DNA of 64,000 nt from Cenarchaeum sp. (lineage in GTDB: Archaea; Thermoproteota; Nitrososphaeria; Nitrososphaerales; Nitrosopumilaceae), in assembly GCA_963693095.2 (NCBI GenBank), contig OY843768.1:1312001-1376000 (forward strand), given 5' to 3'. Of this stretch, positions 36,027-48,800 are shown piece by piece (positions within the stretch are counted from its first letter, which is position 1; each line of letters starts with the position of its first letter). A program made the position numbers and the translations under genes. The notes beneath the pieces were generated by a model. That model was not told the origin of the DNA. It did not search any database and saw only the letters and a program-made list of their open reading frames with translations.

Positions 36027-36416
36027 TTAATGTTGCGACTCGCCGGCTGCCCGAAGGCGCCTGTCAAGCCTGCGCAGCTCGCGCAGGTCAGTCACCTCGA
36101 CGTCACCGCTGCGCGTCAAGAGGCGCGACATGCGCGGCTTGGCGCGCCTTCCGAGCCTTATGACCGGACGGCTCGAGCTGCACACGGTGAGCGTGACGCC
36201 GCGCTCGTTGAGCGAGCGCGCCAGGCCGCGAGCCTCAGAAAGCGTCGTGAGAACCCGTGAGGCGGCCGGAACGGCTCCCGGCAGGCTCACAATGTCGACC
36301 TTTACGTCATGGTCATCTGCGCTCACCTCCACGGCGCGCGTGCCGGCCTCGCTGACCGTGATGGTTCCTGACTCTAGCATGCTGATAATATCTGCCGGAA
36401 GCATCGTGTCTGCCAT
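36027..36416 (-). CDS. Hypothetical protein
   Basis: 129 aa, directly downstream of 36418-36609. Confidence 0.7.
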   Translation of the reverse strand: MADTMLPADIISMLESGTITVSEAGTRAVEVSADDHDVKVDIVSLPGAVPAASRVLTTLSEARGLARSLNERGVTLTVCSSSRPVIRLGRRAKPRMSRLLTRSGDVEVTDLRELRRLDRRLRAAGESQH

Positions 36417-36417
36417 C

Positions 36418-36609
36418 TCACCCTGACGTTATGGTGATCTTGCCGTTGATGCGAACCTTGCCGCTCGGCAGCGCCTTGCCGCCGGCCTCGACCCTGTCGG
36501 CCTCAAATGTCACGTCGTGAAAGTCATACGTTATCGTTGCGTTGGCCGCACTTAGCCTCTCAAAGACCTCGGCTAGCAGGTTCACCCACTCGCTCTCGGC
36601 AGACTTCAC
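36418..36609 (-). CDS. Small hypothetical protein
   Basis: 63 aa, GTG start, CTTAAG ~25 nt upstream, 1-nt gap to the next gene. Confidence 0.65.
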   Translation of the reverse strand: MKSAESEWVNLLAEVFERLSAANATITYDFHDVTFEADRVEAGGKALPSGKVRINGKITITSG

Positions 36610-36825
36610 GGCACGCGCAGGCGCACATGGGACTTAAGAGTGTGCGCACGTGCGGCCAGGGTCGCACGCGCAGAACTGGCCAGACGCCGCAGGCCTGCCA
36701 CACCCTCGTGGCCGGCGCCGACTCGTCTAGGCCAGAACCCCCGTCGCGCAGGCCCAGGTCCCACCGGCGGCCTGTGCCAGCCATCACCGCACATGGTGCA
36801 TTTCCACAGGACGACTGACGCATGG

Positions 36826-36832
36826 TTATATA
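36826..36832 (+). promoter_or_regulatory. TATA box of the right giant gene
   Basis: TTATATA 25-31 nt upstream of ATG 36857. Confidence 0.65.
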
Positions 36833-36856
36833 CACGAGAGCGCGCCACGGAGCACG

Positions 36857-39800
36857 ATGCGCATGGCGTCCCCCGTGCCGATTGCAATAGCAGTCCTGGC
36901 CATAATGGCAAGCGTGTCAGGCGCAGCGGCACATCCGGACGAGACGGGCGCGCACTCGGGATTTCACACAGTGGTGCCAGGCGGCACGGTGGACAATGTC
37001 ACGTGGGCCGACGCAGTCTCGCCGCTCTCGGCCGGAGACGTCAGCTCGTCGATCAGCGCCGCCGAGTTTGGCGCAATGAGCCAAGAGACGCGGAGTCGCC
37101 TTGCTGAGGGCACTGCGCAGATCTCACGCATCATCTTTGAGCCGCAGTTTGGGCAGTCTCACACGGCCACGGTGCCCGAACTTGACGCCTCAGAATGGAG
37201 CCTTATCGAGGGCGCCGCCGGAGACGTCGATGCGGCATGCAACAGGGTCGGAATAGGCGGTGCTGTGGTGGACGGCCGCATGGTCGGCAGCGGCGGTGTC
37301 CTGAGGACAATGCACGAGATTCTCGGCATCCGTGCCAGCGGCGAGGTCATCTTTGCGCACGATGCGCTCTCTACCACTGCTGCGCGCATGCACGTGATAT
37401 ACCATCCGGACTCTGCCCCATCGGTGCCCGGCACGCAGCCAGGCACCCGCGCATGCACATACATCGCAGACGGCAACGATCATGTGGAGATCGGGCGCCG
37501 CAGCGCGGCGACCTCGCCGGCCGGCTTTCCCGTGGACCGCATCGTGCTCTCCTTTGGCGAGGAGATAGCGATAAGGCCAGGCGCATCAGGCGGCATCGAA
37601 AATCTTGGCCAGACGCACATGTATACTGCGCTTCATCCCACGTGCTCGACTGATGTGGCCGTGTCATGCCAGCTCTATCCGGTCAATAGCGGCCAGGGCG
37701 TGGTCTTTGGCCCTGATCCCGGCGGCGAGCTGACAGTCACGCCGGATGCGACGCAGCGCCCGCGCGCAGTCGGAATGGGCACGGGGAACTTTTGGGGAGA
37801 CGGCGTGTTTGGCATCGGGTGGACGACTGCCGGCGGGGCAGGCATACTGCGCGCCAATGACGCCAACACGGGCGAGACTGCGCCAGATGGCCGGCACATA
37901 GCATCACCCCTAGTGGACTGGAGCGCAGACCCCGAGCCCCACTTTGCCGTCAGTGACGGGCTCGCGCCGGCGCCGGCGGCCCAGTTCACGGCCGGCACTG
38001 GGGATGCGGTCGGCACATACACGCAAGTGTTCACCGAGGCGCCGGCCGGCACGGCCGCAACAGTACTCGATGGCGTGCAGGTGTGGCGCACTGCTGCAGA
38101 CGGGACACGCGCGCAGGTGACGCCCACGGTGAGTGCGCTCTCGGGCAGCACGCTGACGTTTACGGCTACGCCGTCCCTTGCGCTGACTGACCATGTGGAG
38201 TATGTCGGCATTGATGACGCGGAAGGCAACGTGGCTGTGAGGCCGGCAATAGAGTCAGTGGAGCAGATGTCATCGACGATAACTGTCGTGACGCTGAGCG
38301 TGCCCGTCTCGGGGACGACTGAGGCGCGCCAGTGGAGCGCCGACGGGGGCGGGGGCGAGGCACGCGCCATCGGGGTGGCCTCTGGCAGGGCCGCATCAGT
38401 CACGCCGGACACGTCGTCTGCCGGCGATCGCGACGTGAGCGTCTCGCTCCAGTCGAGGATCACGCTGGCACATGCGGCGATACCGGAGGCATCTAGCGTG
38501 ACTGTGAGGTATGCGCCGCCGGCAGCGCACGCGTCGCACGCCGACAGGTTTGCCGACCGCCTCGCGGCCAGCGGCGTCAGGCTCGAGGCGCAGACGCTCG
38601 CCGAGGCCGGCTTTACGGCAAGCACGGCAGGGACCACGTCGATAGCCGTCACGTTTCCCGCTGCGGCCTCTGGAAGCACGGCCCCGCGCGAGTGGATCGT
38701 CGGCGGCAGCCTCACGCCAGAGTCGATCACGGTGGGCTCGGCGATCGCGGTGACCGGAAGCGTCACGCTCACCTCTGTGCGCGAGATCACGCTAAACCTG
38801 CCGGCGTCTGGCGCGCTGGCCGACTCGGCATCCACCACGACGCTTGTGTACACGCGGCCCACTGCAGGCCCCACGCCAAACAGCATCACCGTTGGCACCG
38901 ACATCCTAGAGTCCACCCCCACTGCAGAACCCGTTCCAGTCGCCGACGGGATCAGGCCAACTGTGCTCTCGGCGTCGTTTGTCGACTCGAGGACCATCGA
39001 CGTCACGTTTGATGAGGCAGTAACCACTCGAGGCACATGGTCAGTCTCGCCGGCGCTCGGGACGGTCACGGCCAGGGACGGCGCGACGCCAGAGACGATC
39101 CGCCTGTCCACGGAGCGCGAGGCGACTACTGGCCTCTATACGATAACGGTGCCCGCCGGTGTCAGCGACACGGCAGTTGTGCCCAACGGGGCCGACCTTG
39201 CGGCATATCCAACTGTGGGCACGTCATACCGCACGGCAGGCACGACGCTTGGCTTTGGCCTGACGTTTGCCGGTCCGCGCACGCTCGTCCTGGCGCCCAG
39301 CGATCCGCTGGATCCCGGAACCGTCACGATGGCCAACTTTGCCGTCACCGCGCCAGACGGGACAGTCCTGCCCGATGATGACGACAGTGGTGATGACCCA
39401 GTCGCGCTGGCCGACTCCAACCCCGTCATGTATGGCCACGGCCCGCCGCCCACCGTGATCATAAGGCTCGGGATCGACATGGTCAACGCCGTCGCGTATA
39501 CGGTGACGCCGTCTGCGTTAGTTGCTGACGTGACTGGCGCTGCGTACTCGGGCGGCGGCGTGAGCGTGACGTATGCGACTGGCGGGCGCATGGTCGCAGA
39601 CGGCGGCCGGACAGACCTGAACACGTGGGAGGGCGTGCCCTTTGACAGCCAGGTTCGCTCCACGTTTAGCCTTCTTGCCAGCGATGCAGAGTTTGCCGCA
39701 ATCGACGACCCAACTCGCCGGCGACTCGCCGAAGGCACTGCCCAGATCTCGCGCGTCCTCTTTTCGCCACACTTTGGGGAACACGCCACTGTGGGGCCGG

Positions 39801-42800
39801 CCCTTGATGCCGCAGAGTGGACATTCGTCGAGGGCGAGGCCGATGCCGTCGATGCGTCATCATGCACCAGGGTCGACGGCATGGGCACCACAAGGGACGT
39901 CATAGAGATCATTGCGGTTCGTTCCGGTGCACCTGTCCTGCTTGTGCATGATGCGCTCTCCTCGACATCTGCGCGCGTGCACGCGATATACCATCCAGAC
40001 GCCGAACCGTCAATTCCAGGCACGGTTCCCGGCAGCCGTGGCTGTGACTATCTTAATGACGGCAACAACCACGTCAGCGTGGACACGCGCAGCGCCACGA
40101 CGTCTGCGGCGGGCTATCCGGCCGACCGAATCACGCTCGTCTTTAGCGAGCCAGTCACGTTTCGCGGAACGGCAGGGGCGAGGGCATCGACTACTGAGGT
40201 CACGTTTGACCTTGACTGCCGCATGACTGCGACGACATGCGACATCCAGACTGCGCCCGGCATTGCGTCCGGACCTGTGCAGGGCCGCTCGTTCACGCTG
40301 ACGCCGCACTCCTCGGTCAGGGCCACGCTCGCAAATGGCGGAACCGACGCGTTTTGGGCGCCAGACGGCAGGTTTGGCGTCTCGTGGGCGCACGGGAATA
40401 TCGGAGTTGGCATAAAGCGCAATGACAACCTTGCCGATGTCCTCAGCGGCAGGATCGTGCAGGATGTGCTCGATGGCCTGTCACCGGCGCCAAACGCCGC
40501 GCTCACCGGGACAGGCACGCCAGATGACCCGTATGTGCAGGCGTTCTCGGAGACTCCTGATGGAACCGTGTCCACGGTTCTTGACGGGGTGCGCATCTAC
40601 AGAACCGACACGGGCGGGACGAGGACGGAGGTTTCGGCCACGGCGACTGCAGTGGGCAGCTCCTCGCTGAGCTTTGTGTCAGGTGATGACATAGAGGCGA
40701 CTGACCATGTAGAGTATGTCGGGATACGCGATGCGGCAGGCAACCTTTCGACAAGGCCGGTCATAGAGTCAATCACGAGGATTCAGGACACTGTCACGAT
40801 TGTCACGTTTAACGACAGCATCTCAGGGGCAACAACGTCTCGGCAGTGGCTCGTCGGCGCCGGCACGGAGTTGCCCACCGCGCACGCCAGCGGCGTGAGC
40901 GCAGGGAGGCACTTTGCGGTGCCGGCCGACGGCGGCAGAAGCAAGGCAATCCTGTTTGAGAAGAGCGTCACGATTAGCCATGCGGCAGTCGCGCCGGCAT
41001 CGACGCTGACGGTCCAGTACTCGCCGCCGGACCACACGTCCTACGCAAACCGCCTTGATGACCGCCTCGCCTTTAGCGGCGTCAGGGTCGAGGGGCAGGT
41101 CGTGCGCGACGTGGCGCCTGACACGACAGTGCCGACGATCGAGTCGGCGACTCTAAACTCGCCAACGCAGGTCACGGCCATCATGTCCGAGTCGGTTCGC
41201 GGCACGGTGAGGGGCGCCGAGTGGAATGTTGGTGGCGTGACGTTTGGATCCGGCACGGCATCTGGCAGGATCATCACGCTAAGGCTAGATCCCGAAAGCG
41301 CGCCATTTCCCACCGCAGTGGCGGCCGGCACGAGACTCGCATACACGGGCGGCGGCTCGATTACTGACACGTCAGCCGAGCTAAACGCGCTGGCCGGAGG
41401 CGCGAGCGCACCCCTCACGGACGGTGCGGCGCCGACACTGGCATCGGGTGCTGCCGTCGACGCGCTGTACATGCGCGCAAGGCACTCTGGCACGACAACG
41501 GACACGACTGACCCAGTCAGCGCCGGCGGGGAGTTGCGCGTGTACGTGCGCGCAAGTGAGCCCCTGGTCACGGCAGCATCGGACATCTCGTTTCATGCCG
41601 GCGGCGCACCGGCGGCAAGCGTTGTGGCGGTGAGTGGCCTGGGCGCCAATGCGCACGTCTATTCGCGAACCGTCACAGAGTCTGAAACCAACGGTCCGGT
41701 GGCGTTTAGCCTGACGATCCGCGACGCAGGGGGCAACATGCGCACGCTCACCGAGGATGATCTCACGACTGATCGTGGTGCGGGCTCTGGACACCGCACA
41801 ACGGTTGACACGGTCAGGCCGGATGCGTCTGCAGAGTTCACGGGCAATGCAATAACGATAACGTTCAGCGAACCCGTGTATGGCGTGCCAGATATGCTGG
41901 AGGTCAGGTCGCCAGACGGCATGCGAGAAGACATGTCGCACAACCACAATGGGGGTGATGTTGCCGTGCGCATCGAGATCGACGGAACGCCTGCCACTGG
42001 CACGTGGACAGTCAACATACCGGATTCCGTTCGCGACGCGGCGAGGAACGTGCGCGCCGTGACATCATCTAGCGTCACTGCCGAGCGCGGCGCAGCACCG
42101 ACTGCGACGCTCGCCTATACGGTATTCGAGTCCGACAGCACGACGCAGCGCGCCGCGCCGTACACAAACCACGCGCGCGCCGGTGACGTGATCAGGCTGT
42201 CGCTCACGCTCAGCGAGGCCGTCAACACTGCGCCGACAGTCGTCTTTGTGGGCAAGGTCGACGATCCGACCACGCCGCTAGTGGACGAGTCTGGCAGGGC
42301 CAACATGGTGAACGTGTCCGGAACAAACGAGTGGCGCGCAGCGTACACAGTCGAGACTGCCATGCAGAACTCCAACCTAGTCGACGGTGCGTTCACGTTT
42401 ACGGCGACGGTCATGGGCAACACGGGCGCGACGGCGACAGTAACTCCGGCATCGCACACATCGGCGACACCGCCGGTGATCGACCGCATGCCGCCGACGG
42501 CCTCGGCGACATTCACGGGGGCCGACACTATAGCCATCACGCTCTCTGATGCGCCTGTCGGCACCAGATCCCAGATAGAGGACCACGCCTATGCCGTGAC
42601 GGTGCCTGACGGCACGGTCACGCCGGATGACGCCGACAGCCTCCCCGACGCAGTTGCGCTGGCGACAGCAGACGCGACGGCCACGCCGCCGGTAATGCCA
42701 GTCTCGTATGACGCCGCATCGCGCACCATCACCCTCACGCTCGCCGATGACGCGCCAGCAGGAGTGGTGCACACCATCACGCTGCCACCCGAGCTGACCG

Positions 42801-45800
42801 ACGTGGCCGGCCATGCAGTCGCGGATCGAACCCTAGAGGCGACATCCGAGGCCGCACCCGACCCCCCAGAGGCCACGTCGCTCGTGTTCACCGTGCTCAC
42901 CGGCTCGCCGTTGGCAGCAAAGACTGGCGCAAACTCCAACCTTGCCGGCATCGATGACACGGTACGCATAACCCTCGACCTCGACGTCAACGTGGCCACG
43001 GCACCGCGCATAACGCTGGACGGCAGGGACACGACGTCGGTGGCCATGGGCAACGCAGGCGACGCTGACGCCTCGACGTGGAGCCACGACTATGCCGTGG
43101 ACGAATCGCACGACAGCGCCACAGTTGCAGACCCACTGGACATCCTCATCGTCGCCACCGGCACCGGCGGCAACGTCGCGAGGATAACGGACATGGAAGG
43201 CCTGGCCTCGGGCACGTTAGTCATGCTGCCCCTGATCGACGCGGAGAGGCCGATGGCCACGGCGCTCACCGCCGCCGTGGTGCTCGCAGGGCAGTCCGCC
43301 GACGCGGCAGCCGGCACGGTGGCGGCCATCGGCGACGATGTCCTCGTGCGCCTCACGGCTGACGAGGAGCTCGTCACGGCCGCCACTGACATTGTCTTCT
43401 TTGGCCGCACCGGCGTGAATGCCGACTCGGTCACGCCGGGTGCGTCCAACCTGTACACGTACGCGCGCACGATACTCGACGCGGACGCCAACGGCCCACT
43501 CGCGTTCAGCCTGACCATGAGCGACATTGCGGGCAACACGGCGACGCTCACGCAGGCAGACCTGACGGACACGAACGTGACAGTCGACGCCGACGCGCCG
43601 ACAGTCACCGCCATGTCGCATGATGACACGATGCGCACGATAACGCTCACGTTCAGCGAGGGCCTTGTCGCGTCCACGGCAGTGGCGGCCAACTTTGAGG
43701 TGCGCGGGTTCACCGAGTCGACCCAGATGCGCTCCTCCGCCGCGCTGGCGCTCAACGCGGCACACGGCACGGCAGGAGTCGCCTACGCGGCCGGCACCCT
43801 GGCCTCTGACACCTCGACGGTCTCGATCGGCCTGGACGCAGACGACTCGTACGACGCGTACAAGGTCATCATCGCGACAGCAGTCACGGACACGGCGACC
43901 AACGCGTACGTGCCCATAGACAACCCTGACAACAACCCCGCGACTGACGACAGCGACATCACGGTCCAAAAGAGAGACACGGTTCCGCCGATGGCCACGG
44001 TGATATCCGTCACCGTCCACGACGGCGCCGCCACGGTTCCGGCAAAGACGGGCGCCGCTGCAGGCTTTGCCGGCATCGGCGACACGATCCGCCTGGACAT
44101 CACGCTCAACGAGGACGCATCTGGCACGCCGACCATAGACATAGCCGGCGAGACTGGCGAGATGATGGACGGCAGGGGAGACAGCGACGCGACGACGTGG
44201 CGCTATGACCTCACCGTGTCATCCACGACGGACGAGACGGCCGAGCTGGACTTTACGATAAGGGTCACCGACGGTGACAACCCTGGCATGATAACTGCCA
44301 CGACTGGCCACGTGGGCACGCTAACATTCAACCGGCCGGCCATAGACAGGACGGCACCGGCGGCCTCGTCGCTCACCACGACAGTGAGGCTCGAGGGCGC
44401 GACGGCAGACTCGCCCACTGTCACGCTGGCCGGCATCGATGACGTCGTCCGCGTCAACGTCGCGGCCAGCGAGCCGCTCGTCACGGCCGTCGGCGACATT
44501 GCGCTCTTTGGGACGTCGACTGCCGCCGACTCGGTGGATCCCGGCGCGTCCAACGCACACTCGTACGTGCGCACGATAGTCAACTCGGACGCCAACGGCC
44601 CGCTCGCGTTCAGCCTGACGATGCGCGACAGGGCCGGCAACACGGCGACGCTCACGCAGGCCGACGTGGACGGCACGAACGTCACCGTCGACGCCGACGC
44701 GCCGACCATCATGTCTGCGGTGACGGCATCGACGGCGACGCTCACAGTCACGCTCTCTGAGGCAGTCACGGGGACGTCCATGGGCGGACACTGGTCGGCA
44801 ATCGACACGGATCCCGCCGTGACTGCAGCAATCTCCACGGCGGACGTCTCGGGTGACACGGTGACGCTCACGTACACGGGGATTGAGGACACGTCGTTCA
44901 GCCCAGAGGTCACGTACACGCCGCCGTCCTCTGGAGCGCCGGCTGACGCGGCGCGCAACGTGTTGGGCGGCAACCCTGTCACCGCCGCCGACGGCGTCGC
45001 GCCGACGGCGAGCGCGGCCTTCTCGGGTCGCACGCTCACGATCACGTTCAGCGAGCCGGTCAACGGCGTACCCGACGCGCCTGACACGCTAACGCTCACG
45101 AGGCCAAACGGCAGCACGATTGCGCAGGCGTTCACGCACGGCAACGGCGATCGCACGGCGACAGCAACGCTCGCAGAGGTGCCGGCGACAGGCACGTGGA
45201 GGATCGCCATACCGGCAACGGTCACCGACGTGACGGGCAATGTGCGCGATGTGGCCTCGGCGAACATACCTGCCGAGTCAGCTGACGCGCCGATGGCGAC
45301 TGCGATATCGTACACGGTCTTTGAGCCCGGCGGCACGACGCCGCGTGCCTCGCCGTACGCAGACTATGCGCGCGCCGGTGACGCGATAGCAGTATTCGTC
45401 ACGCTCAACGAGTCCGTGAGCGAGGCGCCGACGATTCGCTTTGTGGACCAGACAAGCCCCACGGTGATGACGCGCGTCGGCATGACTGACGAGTGGACCG
45501 CGGCGTACACCGTCGAGGCCGGCACGACGGACATCAGATTCACTTTTGAAATGATGGCCAGCGGCGCGGTGAGCGGCGCGATGGGTGAGATACGTGACAC
45601 GGCACTCCCTGTGACGCCGCCGACGATAGACCGCATCGCCCCTGCGCTCAGCGCCGCACAGACGGTGGACCTCGACGAGGTCACCGTGTCCTTTAGCGAG
45701 GACGTGTCGGGAACGACGTCGGCCATGGACTGGGCAGTCGGCGGCACGCAGGCGGCGAGCGTCGCCGCCGCCGGCGCCGCGCAGGCCGGCGACCAGGCCA

Positions 45801-48800
45801 TAGCGTCAAGGGGCGCGCTCACACTCGGCCTCTCGCAGGCCGGCGAGCTCGCCGGCGGCGAGGCGAGACCCGCAGTCGTCTTTACGGCCCGCACGACGCC
45901 GGCTCTCCTTGACGTCGCCGGCAACCCGCTTGCCAGCGGCTCGGTCATGGCAATAGACCGCATACGCCCGAGCCTCGTCTCCATGGAGTTCACGGCGCCC
46001 AACATGATCACAGTCACGCTGAGCGAGCCCCTTGATGCCGACACGCTGGGCACGAGCATCCCGCAGGGCAGCCTTAGCCCGCACCTCGGGGGAATCACGG
46101 TCAACTATGCGGCCGGCGCCGAGTCGCTCACGCTGATGACGCTCGAGAACGCAGTCGAGCGCGCAAGCCACTCGCTCACGCTGCCCGTGCGCGTGACTGA
46201 CGCGGCCAACGCCGCCGGCGTGTCGCGCAACGCCATCTCGCAGGCCGCAGTGGCCGCCACGCTGCCGGACACCACGCCACCCACGTACACGGCGCGCACG
46301 CACAGCGCCTCGCAAGTCATCGTGACGTTCAGTGAGCCTGTCGAGGGCACGACGGCGGCGTCAGAGTGGGCAGTCGGCGTGCCTGCATCCCCCGGCGCGG
46401 CCGTGCCGACGGCGAGCGTGGTGGCCGACACGCCCAACGCGGGCAGCGCCAGCGCCACGATAGCGTCATCGCCGGCCTTCACCGGCCCGCTCTACGTCGG
46501 CCTTGCAGGCGCCGACACGGCCAACCACTGGGGGCCGGCCGACACGCCAGACGTCAGGTTCACGATGCCGTCAAACGGCCTCACCGACGTGGCTGCGCCA
46601 GGCGGCACGGCCAACGCGCTGGAGACTACTGCCACCGTGACGGCCAGCGACGGCATTGCGCCCACGGCGGCCTTGGCCGTCTTTGTGACGCCGACTGAGG
46701 TCCACGTCACGTTCAGCGAGGACGTCACCATCGAGGAGGGCGGCGTCTGGACAGTCTCCGGACTCGGAGTCACCGATGTCATGGCAGGCTCGTTGGGCAA
46801 CATTGTGGAACTCACAGTCGATCCGCCGGCCGTCGAGGGCGAGGCGCACACAGTGGGCGTTGCGCGCGCAAGCGTGCGCGACGGAGGCGAGAACACGCTT
46901 GCGGCTGATGTGAACATCGCCGGTGTCACATACATGAGCACCGTCATGTTCACGGCGTCCACGTTCAGGGCAGCCTCTGGCGAGTACGTCAGGGTCGTCC
47001 TAGATGACAGCACGGCGGGCACGACAGTCGCCGGCGAGTGGTTCATCGGCGTTGCCGCAGACGGGACCGGCGGTGCGGCAGCGGCCTCGCTCTCGGCTGT
47101 CTGCACGGCCGGCACAGACCCCGCGGTCCAGGCGTCGATCAACATGGCCGACATTTGCCCTGGTGCTGCCGAGTCTGAGCCCAACACGATATACCTCGCG
47201 TATGTCGCGCCGGACTCGGGCGCGACGCCTCGCGTGGCGTACAGGGCGCCGAGCGGAGACGGCGCGACGCCCATAGTCTCGGCGCTCAACATGCTCGGCA
47301 TATCCGATCGCGCAGTCATCGCCGCCGACGGCCTGGCCCCGCTCCTCACGGCGGCGAAGACGGCGAGCTCGAGGACGCTCACGGTGGCCTTTGATGAGGA
47401 CATCGCGGCAGCCGAGGGCGGCATCGACGCCTCGCGCTGGCACCACTACGACTCGGCGGCCACGCCGCCCACGAGTGCCGAGCTCGATGCCGCAGTGAAT
47501 GCGGGAACCGCCTTTGCGTCTGCAGCGCTTGACGGCCGCACGCTCACGCTTACGCTGCCCGGCTCGTACGCGCCGTCGGCCGGATGGGGATCCGCTGACA
47601 CGTCTGCAGTCCCGCAGACTATAGGATACCGTGTGCCGGCCGGTGAGTCGCCTGACATTACTGACGTTTCGCCGGCGGCCAACGGCCTAGCTGACGGCAC
47701 GGCGCGGCGCGGGGTTTCTGACGGCGCGCCGCCGGAGGCGACTACGATCATGGCAGTTGTTGTCGAGGATTCTGACGGTGACGGGGTGTTCATGCCAAAG
47801 GTCGGCGCAAACGCGCGAATAGCCGGAATCGGCGATGCGGTAAGCGCGACAGTCATGCTTTCAGAGGCGTCATCGACTACAAGCCTTCCGACATTTATGG
47901 CACTTGGCACAACGCAGGCGATGGTTCTGAGCGGCGGCGGCACCACGGCGACGGCGTCTATCGCCGTGCCTGACTCGTGGACGCGTGACGGTCCACTCGA
48001 GTTCACAATAACGGCGCACGACATGGCAAGTCCGGCCAACACTGCAATGTTTACGCAGGACGACCTAGTTGGCGACGGCATTATCGTGGACGTGAGCGCA
48101 CCGACGATAGAGTCCGTCTTGCTCATCTCGCCATCTAGCGCCCAGTTCACGTTCTCCGAGGAGATCATCGGAGCAGGCAGCGTTTCAGTCAGTCCTGATG
48201 CCGGAACAGGCTCGCCTGCCGCAGTCACGCTGCACGCCGACGGAACCCTGGCGACTGCCGGCCTTGTGCTAGCCGGCAGGACATACACGTTCACGATCGA
48301 GACGACACTGACTGACAGGGCAGGCAACGCATTTGCCGCACAGGACATACAGGTGGACGCAGACGGATCGTTTGTGTCTGATGTCCTAGTCGTGCCAGAC
48401 TCTCCGAACTGCGCAGGAGACGGCCTCTTTGTGACGACAGGGGGCGACTCGATCCGCCTCGTGCTAGACAACGTGGGCGCAGACGGCATCATCTGTCCGG
48501 ACATCACCATGTCGATACAGGGCAGGATGACGATGTACATCAGGGCCGGTACGGTGGTCAGCTCATTTGGGCCGGATCTCGGGAGGACACTAGAGATGTC
48601 CATAACTAGCCGGCTCGACTCAGCAGGGCTAGCCGGCACGCTGACCGGCGAGATCCCCGAGTACGTCGCCGCAGCCGGCAGGGACGCCGACGCAGTGGCC
48701 GCAAACGAGATGGCCGCATCGGCCATACGCGCAAGCGAGCCGGCGATTCTAGCCGTGCTAGGCAAGGCAGACGCCTCGGCGCCGATGCTCTTTTCGCAGA

